Below are positions 19,360-28,943 of a stretch of 64,000 nucleotides of DNA, one piece after another. The notes under the pieces were generated by a model, which saw only the letters and a list, made by a program, of their open reading frames with translations, was not told the DNA's origin and searched no databases. Source of the stretch: an archaeon GW2011_AR15 (GTDB lineage Archaea; Nanobdellota; Nanobdellia; Woesearchaeales; GW2011-AR15); contig CP010425.1 of NCBI GenBank assembly GCA_000830295.1, positions 832,001 to 896,000 of the forward strand, given 5' to 3'. Position 1 is the first letter of the stretch. Each line of letters starts with the position of its first letter. The translations under genes and the position numbers were made by a program.

Positions 19360-21003
19360 TTATCGGACTATTTCACCAGAAATAGTATTAAACATTTTCT
19401 TCTCCTCATTATCTAATATGTTGTACAATTGATTAACCAATTCATAGGAAGGTATCAATTCATCGGTTAGGAATGCTAGAAAAAATTTTTTTTTATCTTC
19501 AGAATTCAAAGTATTTAATATTTCCCTAATTTGAGCAGTATATGGCATCTGTTTACCTCCAATATCAAAACCCTTTATAATTCTTCTACTCATTCCACTG
19601 AGATAAGCTTCTTTAATAACTGTATCTTTATCTATTTCATTATAGAATTTCATAAAGATAGCGGGAGCCATCACATAGTTAAACCCTGCCTCGAAGACAT
19701 TTGCTTCCGTATAACTTCTTATTTCTCTGAAAACACCAGGATTATATCTGCCAAACTGTAATGTTGAAAAAAAACCAACACTCATTATTAGCACACAAGC
19801 TATAAAAAGAGAGTAGGAAATTTTTTGTAATTTAGAACCAGCTATTAATTGTCCAATACATAAGCTTGTGATTAAAAATAATAAGGGATGGAAGAACAAC
19901 AGATAATACCCATCATTAGGATCCATAGAGTTGAATTTTGGATTATCACCCGGCGGTGGATTCATAATATTGAAAACTAGGAAACAAATAAAGAAATATA
20001 ATAGAACTAACATGAAAAACTGTTTTCCCTTTTTCTTTTTATTATCAATTGTTCCAGATATCTTAATATCTTTAAAAGAACTGAAACCTAAAAAAATTAA
20101 TGAAATAACTATAAAATAGAAGGTATAGGACAATAGTGGTGCCTTAATAATAAGAAAATCCAAAAAATGAAAGGATCGTGGAAGATACAAGACCAAGAAT
20201 GAGATCATTCTTTCTGCAATTCCAGAGAAAAGAGTGCCAGTTACAAACTGCGGATTAAACAGATTATAGATTAGAGGATCGGAGAAAATACTTGGAAAAC
20301 CATAGCTTATATTGTAAATTATCCAAGGCAGAAAACCAATTAAAAAAGAAATTGGCAGGATTATCAAATTTCTAAACTCAATACTCCTTATATACATAAA
20401 TACTAGTATAATAATGAGCAGAATAATTGATATGAACCCGTACTGCACCCATAGCCCAAGTCCAGAAACAAACCCAAGCAATATAAAATTTTTCATATGC
20501 CTATCATTATCAATAAAAATTTTAGTTATGAGAGTCATGGCAAGCATAATAAACAAAACAAACACCATAGAGTTGCCAAGTATCATAACACTTTTTTGAA
20601 GGAAATGTGGAGTTCCCAATATAAAGAAAATTGAAAATATAATAATTACAACTTCAGAAAAATACTTTTTTAATAGATTTAGACATAAAAGAAAAACAAT
20701 TAAAGAGTTAAATATTGCAGCCATTTTTAAAGCCAGAAGAGTATTTCCGAATATTAGATAGAAAGGTATTATCTCAATCTGTGCCAGCAAGTGTCCTCCT
20801 GAATGAGGCGAGTCAAGATATCCCCACATAGGCACTCTTAAACCCCTGTTAAACACAATATCATAACCTAGAGAAGAGGTTTTTACTTCTTCAGGGTTGT
20901 ATATATAAGGACTATAAAATAAGAAGAGTAGTCTTGATATTATAAATAACACAATTAAAATTATCATTAGTTTGTTTCTGCTGATATTTGAAAAATAATC
21001 CAT
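19360..21003 (-). CDS. Polytopic membrane protein, probable GT-C glycosyltransferase
   Basis: About 11 TM segments, NPEE luminal loop, GFVSGLGLW motif; very AT-rich. Confidence 0.6.
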   Translation of the reverse strand: MDYFSNISRNKLMIILIVLFIISRLLFLFYSPYIYNPEEVKTSSLGYDIVFNRGLRVPMWGYLDSPHSGGHLLAQIEIIPFYLIFGNTLLALKMAAIFNSLIVFLLCLNLLKKYFSEVVIIIFSIFFILGTPHFLQKSVMILGNSMVFVLFIMLAMTLITKIFIDNDRHMKNFILLGFVSGLGLWVQYGFISIILLIIILVFMYIRSIEFRNLIILPISFLIGFLPWIIYNISYGFPSIFSDPLIYNLFNPQFVTGTLFSGIAERMISFLVLYLPRSFHFLDFLIIKAPLLSYTFYFIVISLIFLGFSSFKDIKISGTIDNKKKKGKQFFMLVLLYFFICFLVFNIMNPPPGDNPKFNSMDPNDGYYLLFFHPLLFLITSLCIGQLIAGSKLQKISYSLFIACVLIMSVGFFSTLQFGRYNPGVFREIRSYTEANVFEAGFNYVMAPAIFMKFYNEIDKDTVIKEAYLSGMSRRIIKGFDIGGKQMPYTAQIREILNTLNSEDKKKFFLAFLTDELIPSYELVNQLYNILDNEEKKMFNTISGEIVR

Positions 21004-21116
21004 ATTTTATACTACTTTAGTTACCCCAGTTTAAATAAATTTTGTAATGAGAAGAGTTTATTAGTAAAGAATATAAATATAAACTAAACATATGATAAAT
21101 TTGTTGGGATACTGAA

Positions 21117-22793
21117 ATGAAGAATAAAAATACTAAAAGATATTATCTTAGCATCTGTGACAACCATGATACCGGGGCAGGAATATTTTTTGAAACAGAA
21201 CCTTTAAGTGTAATCTCAGAAGAACGTCTAAATAGGGAAAAGATCACCAGAAAATTCCCTAAAAAATCAATAAACCTAAACTTTGTATACACTAAACTAA
21301 ACCCAGAGAAAATAGAGAGAATCATAATTGGATCAAGGAACACTCCAATATTTTTCCTGAGATTATTTAATAAATATCACGCAGAACAGCAAGCAGTTTC
21401 TTCTTTTGATATAAGACTATATCTGTACTTCTATTTTCAGATTTTATTAAACATAACCCCTCTTTCATACTTTGATTCTCAATTGTCCGCTATACTCCTC
21501 AAAAGAAAATTTAGGAAAAAAATAACTATGGTTGACCATCATTTGTGCCATGCATATTCTGCATATTCCACAAGCGGATTTAGAGGCAAATCTCTTGTAA
21601 TAACTGCTGATTCCGGGGGAGACGGATTATGCCTGACAGTTAGTATAGGAGAAAGAAGTAACCTAAAAAGGATTTACCAGGAAAGTGTATTATCCTCAAT
21701 AAGCCAGTATTACAGATCCTTTACTGAAATACTTGGGTTTGTGCCTTCAAAAGACGAGGGTAAAGTTGTCGGGCTGGCTGCGTACGGAAACCCAGACCTG
21801 TTGTTAGATTATATGAAGAAAAAATTATATTTTAATGGGATAGGATTTAATAAAAATCTCTTCCAGTATGCAGGTACCAGGGCAAAAATAGAGAAAGAGC
21901 TTAAAAAATACAAGAGAGAGGACATAGCCGCAGCTCTTCAAAAAAATTTAGAGGAGGAGGTTTGTAAATTTATTTCACATTGGATTAAGAAAACAGGCAT
22001 AGGCAATGTATATCTGGCAGGCGGATTATTTGCTAATGTGAAGCTTAATCAGAAGGTACATGAACTTGAAGAGGTAGAAAACATATTCATTTTTCCGCAT
22101 ATGGGGGATGGAGGATTATGTATTGGGGCAGTAATGGCATACTTGCAGCCAAAACCCTCTAAAATAACAACGCTTTATCTTGGGCTAGAGTTTAGTGATG
22201 AGTATATGCTAAATATCTTTAAAAAACATAATCTCGATTTCAAGAGACTGAGAAACGCACCAGCAGAGATAGCAAAACTGCTTGCAAAAGGAAAAGTTGT
22301 TGCAAGATTCAAGGGAAGAATGGAGTTTGGACCAAGAGCATTGGGCAATAGAAGCATACTCTATAGGCCGGACGATGAAGATACTATTAACTGGCTTAAT
22401 AAAAGACTTAACAGAAGTAAGTTTATGCCATTTACTCCAACCATACTCGCTGAAGATGCGGACAAATGTTTTGTTAATCTGAGAGGTGCAGAATATATGG
22501 CCAAATATATGACTATAACATTCAATTGCACTGAATGGATGAAGAAAAGCTGTCCAGGAGTAGTTCATATTGATGGTACAGCCAGACCACAGGTTCTAGG
22601 CAGAGAAGATAATACAGAGTACTATGATATAATTTGGAAATTCAAAGAACTAACCGGACTTCCGTGTGTACTTAACACAAGCTTTAATATGCATGGAGAA
22701 CCAATTGTATGCAGCCCAGAAGACGCAATAACCTCTTTCAGGAAATCAAAATTAGATTATTTATTATTGAATGACTTTTTAATAAAAAACTAG
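21117..22793 (+). CDS. Carbamoyltransferase (NodU/CmcH family)
   Basis: HDTGA, EERLNR, HHLCHAYSA, EGKVVGLAAYG, GGLFANVKLN, MEFGPRALGNRSIL, NTSFNMHGEPIV. Confidence 0.93.
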   Translation: MKNKNTKRYYLSICDNHDTGAGIFFETEPLSVISEERLNREKITRKFPKKSINLNFVYTKLNPEKIERIIIGSRNTPIFFLRLFNKYHAEQQAVSSFDIRLYLYFYFQILLNITPLSYFDSQLSAILLKRKFRKKITMVDHHLCHAYSAYSTSGFRGKSLVITADSGGDGLCLTVSIGERSNLKRIYQESVLSSISQYYRSFTEILGFVPSKDEGKVVGLAAYGNPDLLLDYMKKKLYFNGIGFNKNLFQYAGTRAKIEKELKKYKREDIAAALQKNLEEEVCKFISHWIKKTGIGNVYLAGGLFANVKLNQKVHELEEVENIFIFPHMGDGGLCIGAVMAYLQPKPSKITTLYLGLEFSDEYMLNIFKKHNLDFKRLRNAPAEIAKLLAKGKVVARFKGRMEFGPRALGNRSILYRPDDEDTINWLNKRLNRSKFMPFTPTILAEDADKCFVNLRGAEYMAKYMTITFNCTEWMKKSCPGVVHIDGTARPQVLGREDNTEYYDIIWKFKELTGLPCVLNTSFNMHGEPIVCSPEDAITSFRKSKLDYLLLNDFLIKN

Positions 22794-22796
22794 TTC

Positions 22797-22919
22797 TCAG
22801 GATCCCGGAAATATCTTATGCCTCTTTACCTTCTCCCAGGCAAGAAGAAACACATCAATAACAAGCGTTAAGCCTAATAGATAAATTAAGCCCAGCCATT
22901 TGAATATACTTTTCCTCAT
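22797..22919 (-). CDS. Small (40 aa) single-TM protein, not in the ORF track
   Basis: MRKSIFKWLGLIYLLGLTLVIDVFLLAWEKVKRHKIFPGS*; follows wzt on the same strand. Confidence 0.45.
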   Translation of the reverse strand: MRKSIFKWLGLIYLLGLTLVIDVFLLAWEKVKRHKIFPGS

Positions 22920-22967
22920 TTTTTGAGCAGAATAGAATTCAATATTTAAGTTTATCCTGATAAACAC

Positions 22968-24935
22968 TTATTTATTAATTTCCCACCTGCTGTCCAGATA
23001 AACAATGCCTAAATCTCTTATCTCCCTGCTCTTTACTTCAAACGAGTATCTCTTATCATGCAGGTCATAAGGCGTGAATGAATTATACGGATGGACAGCA
23101 GCACTAACCAGGTAGGTCCCTTCCAGCAAAGGCAGCTTATCTATGATATAGGAGACGCTCCCTTTTCCCTTAACATAGGGGATTTCAATATTGTGGAATT
23201 TAGTATTCGGCCCTGTTATCTGCGTTCCGTCATCTCCATGGATTGTTATGCCGAAAACAGGCTTTTCAACCTTCTTTTCAGCATCAAACATAATTTTTAT
23301 CTTGACCTGTTCCCCGGTATAAAACAACTCTTTATGCTCTTCTTTTGAATCCAGAAAAACCACATTTGTTATCCTGACAGGTCTCTGTTCTTTCTCATCA
23401 TCCTCTTTTACTGATATTGATAATTTTGTTAATTCTTTCCTAAATTCAAGCAATCTCTCCAGTTCTTTTTCTATTTTTTTCTTTTCAGCCGGTTTTGCCT
23501 CTTCTAGCTCAAGCTTATGCACACTAATTAGTTCATGCAGCTCGTGCAGATGTGTTCTTATAATACCGGATATCTGGTTCTCGTTATCTTCAGGGTCAAA
23601 ATGCGGGACAGTTTTGAGCATATTTTTGCATTCTTTTATTGAATGGATTATAGAAGCAAACTCAGAGTTATCTATCCTGAGTGAGATCAGGAAGTCAAAC
23701 ATATATTTCCGCAGATAGACCGCGCTTGGCTTGTCAACATGATTGAATCCCTCTTTGTATCTGGCAAACACTCTGGAAATAACTTCTTCCCTTTCCTTTT
23801 CTGCTGTCTGCAGCTGGACTTCCATCTCCAGCAGCCTTATTCCCAGAAGTATCTCTTCAAACTCAAAAGATTTTTTTGTAACAGCCTGCTTTATAGTCAG
23901 CGCTTCCTGCGCCTGCTTCAGGTTCTCCAGCAATTCCTTTTTCTGCTGGGGAGAGAAATTCTTTACTTTGTTTTCCAGCCAGACATAATTCTTGTCAGGA
24001 AGAATGATAAGCATGTCGCACAGGTCAATAAGCTGTGATCTTAAGGTTGCTTCCCGATATCCCAATGATTCCAGCTGCTTTTCCAGCCTGCTTCCCATGA
24101 AACTGTCTATAATAGGGAGATTGATTTTTCTTTTCAGATCTTTTCTTAATTTTTGAGTTTCATCTGAAACTGAAAGATATGATTTGAAATTCTTCTTCAG
24201 CAAAAAGTAATTGTAAACCCTTTCTGATTTTTCGCTGTGATTCAGATAATCCAGTATAACTTTCTGCGCAACTCCCTGGCTTTTCACGACTCCGTGCTCA
24301 AGAAAAATTGCCCTGTCACAGATTTCCCTTACTGTTGACATGTCATGGCTCACAATGACCATTGTTTTTCCCTGCTCTTTCATTATCCTTATCCTGTTCA
24401 GGCTTTTTTTCTGGAATTCCTCATCACCAACTGCAAGAATCTCATCTATCAGGATCACTTCAGGGTTATTTGACATTGCTATTGCAAAAGCCAGCCTGAG
24501 CTTCATGCCTGTGGAGTAATCTTTAAGCTTGACATTGATGAATTTTTCAAGCTGCGAGAAGTCTACTATCCTGCTGAAATTCTTCTTTATCTCAGAAGTG
24601 CTCATCCCAAGTATTGAGCCATATAAAAAGACATTTTCCTTCCCAGTCAGTTCCTCCCTGAACCCAGAGCCTGTATCAAGGAAAGTCAGCACTTTTCCGT
24701 TTACTTTTACATTTCCTTTTGTCGGAGACAAAATTCCCGCGATTACCTTGAGAAGGGTTGTTTTTCCTGAGCCATTCGGGCCGATTATGCCAAGGCACTC
24801 CCCTTTTTTCACAGCTAAATTAATGTTCTTCAGGGCATAGAAATCTTCTTTTTCTGATTTTCCAATAAGCATGCTGTCTTTTTCATGGATCAGGTTAAAT
24901 TTCTTAGACACGTTTTTCAGTTCTACAGTATTCAT
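22968..24935 (-). CDS. wzt: Polysaccharide ABC exporter ATPase with C-terminal Wzt carbohydrate-binding domain and long helical insert
   Basis: GPNGSGKTT, YSTGMKLRLAF, LIDEILAVGD; C-terminal Ig-like domain (PVFGITI…LPLLEGTYLVSAAV…YD). Confidence 0.9.
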   Translation of the reverse strand: MNTVELKNVSKKFNLIHEKDSMLIGKSEKEDFYALKNINLAVKKGECLGIIGPNGSGKTTLLKVIAGILSPTKGNVKVNGKVLTFLDTGSGFREELTGKENVFLYGSILGMSTSEIKKNFSRIVDFSQLEKFINVKLKDYSTGMKLRLAFAIAMSNNPEVILIDEILAVGDEEFQKKSLNRIRIMKEQGKTMVIVSHDMSTVREICDRAIFLEHGVVKSQGVAQKVILDYLNHSEKSERVYNYFLLKKNFKSYLSVSDETQKLRKDLKRKINLPIIDSFMGSRLEKQLESLGYREATLRSQLIDLCDMLIILPDKNYVWLENKVKNFSPQQKKELLENLKQAQEALTIKQAVTKKSFEFEEILLGIRLLEMEVQLQTAEKEREEVISRVFARYKEGFNHVDKPSAVYLRKYMFDFLISLRIDNSEFASIIHSIKECKNMLKTVPHFDPEDNENQISGIIRTHLHELHELISVHKLELEEAKPAEKKKIEKELERLLEFRKELTKLSISVKEDDEKEQRPVRITNVVFLDSKEEHKELFYTGEQVKIKIMFDAEKKVEKPVFGITIHGDDGTQITGPNTKFHNIEIPYVKGKGSVSYIIDKLPLLEGTYLVSAAVHPYNSFTPYDLHDKRYSFEVKSREIRDLGIVYLDSRWEINK

Positions 24936-25702
24936 AATTTCTCACTTATATCCTTAGACATCTTGTCAAATACAAACAGCCCGAAAAGCAAGATGCTCAT
25001 GCACAATATAAAAGTTATCATCAGCTGCTCAGGCAGATCAACATAGTCATATATGAAAATATTCCTTAAATGGCTTATTATCCTTGCCAGCGGGTTCAGC
25101 ATATATATCCCCCTTATTGCCAGGGGTATAACCTGCTCGGAGTATATTATCGGGCTCAGCCAGAAGCCAATAAGGAGGAGAAAAGACCAGATATGGGCAG
25201 TGTCTTTGAAATTCAGGAAAGCTCCGGTTACAAGGAGCGAAACGCCTATAGTCAGTAGGAAAAGCATTGTCATATAAAATATCGATAGCAGTGCAATAAG
25301 CTTTATCTGGATGCCGAATACAATCAAAAGCATAAGAAACACAGCAAAGCTGAGCAGCAGGCCGACAAGGTTGCTCAGGCAGGAGCTTATAACAAAGATA
25401 TATGGGCTGACTTTATGTTTCTTTAGAAGGTAGGAATTTTCCATGAGAGCACTGAGGCTATTGCTGGTCGCTTCAGAGAAATAGTTCCACACGAGTATAC
25501 CAAGGAGCAGGAAGTGCTGGTAATGGGGCACATTCAGCTGCATGACATAAGTGAACACTACATATAGTGTGACTAGCAGCAGTAGCGGGTTAAGTATTGA
25601 CCAGACATAGCCGAAAAATGCATTCCTGTGCTTAAGCTTGAACTCATTTACAGCAAGCTGCCATATAAGCTCCAGATCCCTGAATTTAACAAATGCTCTG
25701 AT
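24932..25702 (-). CDS. wzm: Polysaccharide ABC exporter permease; true N-terminus lies upstream of the called GTG, candidate start ATC at 25702
   Basis: In-frame IRAFVKFRDLELIWQLAVNEFKLKHRNAFFGYVWSILNPLLLL upstream of 25558; FKDTAHIW, FWLSPIIY, NPLARII motifs. Confidence 0.85.
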   Translation of the reverse strand: MRAFVKFRDLELIWQLAVNEFKLKHRNAFFGYVWSILNPLLLLVTLYVVFTYVMQLNVPHYQHFLLLGILVWNYFSEATSNSLSALMENSYLLKKHKVSPYIFVISSCLSNLVGLLLSFAVFLMLLIVFGIQIKLIALLSIFYMTMLFLLTIGVSLLVTGAFLNFKDTAHIWSFLLLIGFWLSPIIYSEQVIPLAIRGIYMLNPLARIISHLRNIFIYDYVDLPEQLMITFILCMSILLFGLFVFDKMSKDISEKL

Positions 25703-25723
25703 TGCACTCCCCCCGGCTTATGA

Positions 25724-26641
25724 TTATTTCCCTGAATTATAAAATTTTCTGACAGAATCTCTTTTCTTATTGATAAATCCCCCTTCCTTTTTTATCTCAG
25801 AGAGAGCTCTGGAAAAATATTTTATGAAGGAAACTCCTCTCCCAAGAAAAATTTTATTTTCTGTTTTTAGTTTTTTTGTGGCTCTGTCATATCCATGCCA
25901 GTTGAACCAGGCGAAATTCATGGCTCCATATATAAACGACTTAGCAATCGCTTTCTTTGTAAATGGGTTGTAGAGGCCAGATTTCTTTGCCAAATCCCCC
26001 AGTTTTTTGTATCCGTAAATGAGGTTCCTGACTTCGAGATAATACCTCTCACTGTAGTCAGTTTTTTCTTTGTTTTTGTGCGTGACCCTGGCATCTTCAA
26101 TATACGATGCTGATAATCCTGCTAATCTGCATCTGATGAAAAAATCGTAATCCTCAAGATAAGTCCCGTAGAATTCATCAAAATTCTCATCCAGCTTTTC
26201 AAGCGCATCTTTTTTTATCAGGAAGCAGCCGCTGATATGCGGATACTGTTTTTCAACCTCAAGAAGAGGGTACATTACCTGCCCGTTTTCATAAATAATT
26301 TTCGGAAAGACTATATCATAATCTTTTATTCCCTTTATCATCGTGGTTATTGTCGTCTTGTTGAGCCACATATCACTGTCTATGAAAAGGAGGATATCAC
26401 CGCCGGAATTCCTTACCCCGTTGTTTCTTGCAGCAGAAGCCCCTTTCGGCAGATTGAACCTTAGAACCCTTACAAGTGGGTATCTCTTGTTTACCTCATT
26501 ATACAGCCCGTCTGTGGAGCCGTCGTCGCAAAGTATTATCTCATAATCATGCTTGTTTATCCCTGCTGATGAATAGATGCTTTCCACAGTATTAAAAATT
26601 ACAGGGGAGTTGCAGTTAGGGATGATTATGCTGAGTTTCAT
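25724..26641 (-). CDS. Glycosyltransferase family 2
   Basis: SIIIP, DDGSTD, ARNNG, FIDSD, EDYDFFIR. Confidence 0.9.
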   Translation of the reverse strand: MKLSIIIPNCNSPVIFNTVESIYSSAGINKHDYEIILCDDGSTDGLYNEVNKRYPLVRVLRFNLPKGASAARNNGVRNSGGDILLFIDSDMWLNKTTITTMIKGIKDYDIVFPKIIYENGQVMYPLLEVEKQYPHISGCFLIKKDALEKLDENFDEFYGTYLEDYDFFIRCRLAGLSASYIEDARVTHKNKEKTDYSERYYLEVRNLIYGYKKLGDLAKKSGLYNPFTKKAIAKSFIYGAMNFAWFNWHGYDRATKKLKTENKIFLGRGVSFIKYFSRALSEIKKEGGFINKKRDSVRKFYNSGK

Positions 26642-27768
26642 TTTATTCTTCTGTAGTATTCCTCAATTTTTTTTGCCTGCTTTTTGACACCATACTCTCC
26701 GGCAAATTTCTTTGCATAGCTGCTCATTTTATTCAGCTGTTTTTTGTCATTTAAAAGCTCACCTATCTTGTGTGCTACTTCAATCTCTTTCTTTTCCAAA
26801 ACACACCCGTTTTTCCCGTCTATAAATGAGGCAAGGGCATTTCTTTGGTGAGTTAGAGTAATTACAGGTAGTCCGCATCTCATGGCCTCAAATGCAACGA
26901 TGCTAAAGCCTTCAAGCTCTGACAGCAATACAAACAGTTTCGATGATTTCATGTAGCTGTAAACCTGTTTATGGTCTTTTGAAAAGCTCAGAATATCGAC
27001 GTTTTTCTCAAGATCAAGAGTCCGTCTTATTTTTAGTAGTTTAATTGTTTCAGGACCATTTCCTATAATCAGGACTTTTATAACAGGATTGTTTGCTTTC
27101 AGCAATGAGACAATCTTCAGCAAAAGGTCAAAATTCTTGTGCTTCATATGCCTGCCTATTGAAATTAAGTCATATTCTACTTCTGTTTTTTTGGCTTTGT
27201 CTATTTCTTTTGTATCAATCCAGTTCTCTATTGTTGCTATGTTTCTTCCTCCAATCTTCTTTAAATCATCTGCAACAGGCTTAGAAACACAGATATTATT
27301 CTTTGACAGCTTTGCAGCAGCCCTTTCTACAATCTTTCCAAAAAACCCAGTCATCCCAAATCCTGACCAGTATTTGCCCCATATCTCGTGCCAGGTAACA
27401 ACCAGCGGCTCTCTTTTGAGCAGAGAACAAAGCTTGCACGAAAAGGCAGGGAAATACGGGAAAGCAGTAACATCAATTATATCAAAATCATGCTTCATGA
27501 GCTCAAAGAAAAGAGCGAGAGAGTATTTTAGCGGCTCAAATGGTTTTCTTTTCCCTGTAAATTGATATTTTCCCTTATAGCTGGAGACTCCATGGATATA
27601 AAATCTTTCAGTTATCTTCTTAGTCTTTGACCCAGGCCACATCTTCACGCCGAAAAGATGGACTTCATGCCCCATAAGCACAAGCTGCTCTGCAAGGCTG
27701 AAATTCCTGTACTCAGCTCCGCCTATTGAAAAAGGATAGATGAGGTCATAGACAAGAGCAATTCTCAT
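26638..27768 (-). CDS. Glycosyltransferase family 4
   Basis: MRIALVYD..YP..GGAE start preferred; EGFSIVAFEAMRCGLPV. Confidence 0.9.
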   Translation of the reverse strand: MRIALVYDLIYPFSIGGAEYRNFSLAEQLVLMGHEVHLFGVKMWPGSKTKKITERFYIHGVSSYKGKYQFTGKRKPFEPLKYSLALFFELMKHDFDIIDVTAFPYFPAFSCKLCSLLKREPLVVTWHEIWGKYWSGFGMTGFFGKIVERAAAKLSKNNICVSKPVADDLKKIGGRNIATIENWIDTKEIDKAKKTEVEYDLISIGRHMKHKNFDLLLKIVSLLKANNPVIKVLIIGNGPETIKLLKIRRTLDLEKNVDILSFSKDHKQVYSYMKSSKLFVLLSELEGFSIVAFEAMRCGLPVITLTHQRNALASFIDGKNGCVLEKKEIEVAHKIGELLNDKKQLNKMSSYAKKFAGEYGVKKQAKKIEEYYRRIK

Positions 27769-27772
27769 CTGC

Positions 27773-28891
27773 CTAATCCCTCTTTTCCACAAGCATCATG
27801 CTTATGAAAAATACCGAGAAGACAGTCTGCACACCTATAATGAACACACTGAGGATGAACAGTATCCATGCAGTATTAAGTGTTGTGAAAAGCCTTTGAA
27901 AGAACAGGAAAAATCCGGCCAGACCTAAAACAACAAGCCCCAATCCAAGAATTATCCCTCGTTCCAGCGGCACCTTTTTTGCTATAAAATCAATTAGTTT
28001 ATCCTCTTTCTCAAACCCAGTATGTATCGCGTATATCTTTGAATAAAGCCCAAGGTTCATCAGCTGGTAGCCAAGCACTGAAAATGACGAGCCAAGTAGG
28101 GACATGTAAATGCTAACGTCCTGTCCGCTGATAAATAATGTTCCTGCCATCATTGCTCCCAGAATAAAGAAACCGGAAAGCAGCAGTAAGAGACCGGGAA
28201 TAAAGAAAAGATAGGTCGGGCTGAACATCAGCATGAACCTCAGATGCCTCCAGCCGTCACTAAAACTCTTTAATTTTGATTCGCCAATTCTTGGAGAATA
28301 GGTTATCGGGACTTCTGTTATATCAAGGTTATTCTTTGCTGCCTTTATGATCATCTCAGAGGCGAATTCCATGCCTGTTGTCTTAAGGTTAAGGAAGAAG
28401 AGATAGTCTTTCCTTATTGCCCTGAATCCTGAATGGGCATCGCTTACTTTTGTCCTGAAAAAAACATTTAATAAAAACGACAGCAATGGGTTTCCTATGT
28501 ACTTATGATGCCAGGGCATTGCCCCTTTCTTGATATTGCCTTTAAGCCTGCTTCCTATAACAAGATCATGGCCGTAGTCCAGCTGCTCTATAAGCAGAGG
28601 TATTTCTGAAAAATCATAGGTGCCGTCAGCATCTCCTATAACAATGTAAGTCCCCTTTGCCTTGTGCATGGCTTCAATAATGGCTATCCCATATCCTTTC
28701 TTATTGTGCCTTACAAGCTTCACTCCATGCCTTTTTGCTATTTCAGGGGAGCTGTCTGTTGATGAGTCAGAGACAATAATCTCGTAATCCAGCCTTTCCC
28801 TGTCAAGGCTTTTCTTTATCTGCCTGATGCAGCCAGCTAAAGTCCTCTCCTCATCCCTGCAGGGCAGGATAACAGATACATTAACCCCCAT
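27773..28891 (-). CDS. GT2 polyprenol-phosphate glycosyltransferase (DPM/GtrB-like) with C-terminal TM helices
   Basis: SVILPCRDEE, DADGTY, VIGSR, DAHSGFRA, EVPITY.PR.GESK; four C-terminal TM segments. Confidence 0.88.
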   Translation of the reverse strand: MGVNVSVILPCRDEERTLAGCIRQIKKSLDRERLDYEIIVSDSSTDSSPEIAKRHGVKLVRHNKKGYGIAIIEAMHKAKGTYIVIGDADGTYDFSEIPLLIEQLDYGHDLVIGSRLKGNIKKGAMPWHHKYIGNPLLSFLLNVFFRTKVSDAHSGFRAIRKDYLFFLNLKTTGMEFASEMIIKAAKNNLDITEVPITYSPRIGESKLKSFSDGWRHLRFMLMFSPTYLFFIPGLLLLLSGFFILGAMMAGTLFISGQDVSIYMSLLGSSFSVLGYQLMNLGLYSKIYAIHTGFEKEDKLIDFIAKKVPLERGIILGLGLVVLGLAGFFLFFQRLFTTLNTAWILFILSVFIIGVQTVFSVFFISMMLVEKRD

Positions 28892-28943
28892 AGGCTCCTG
28901 GATTACCCCCTAATATATAAATGTTTGAGAAAAAATAAAACAG

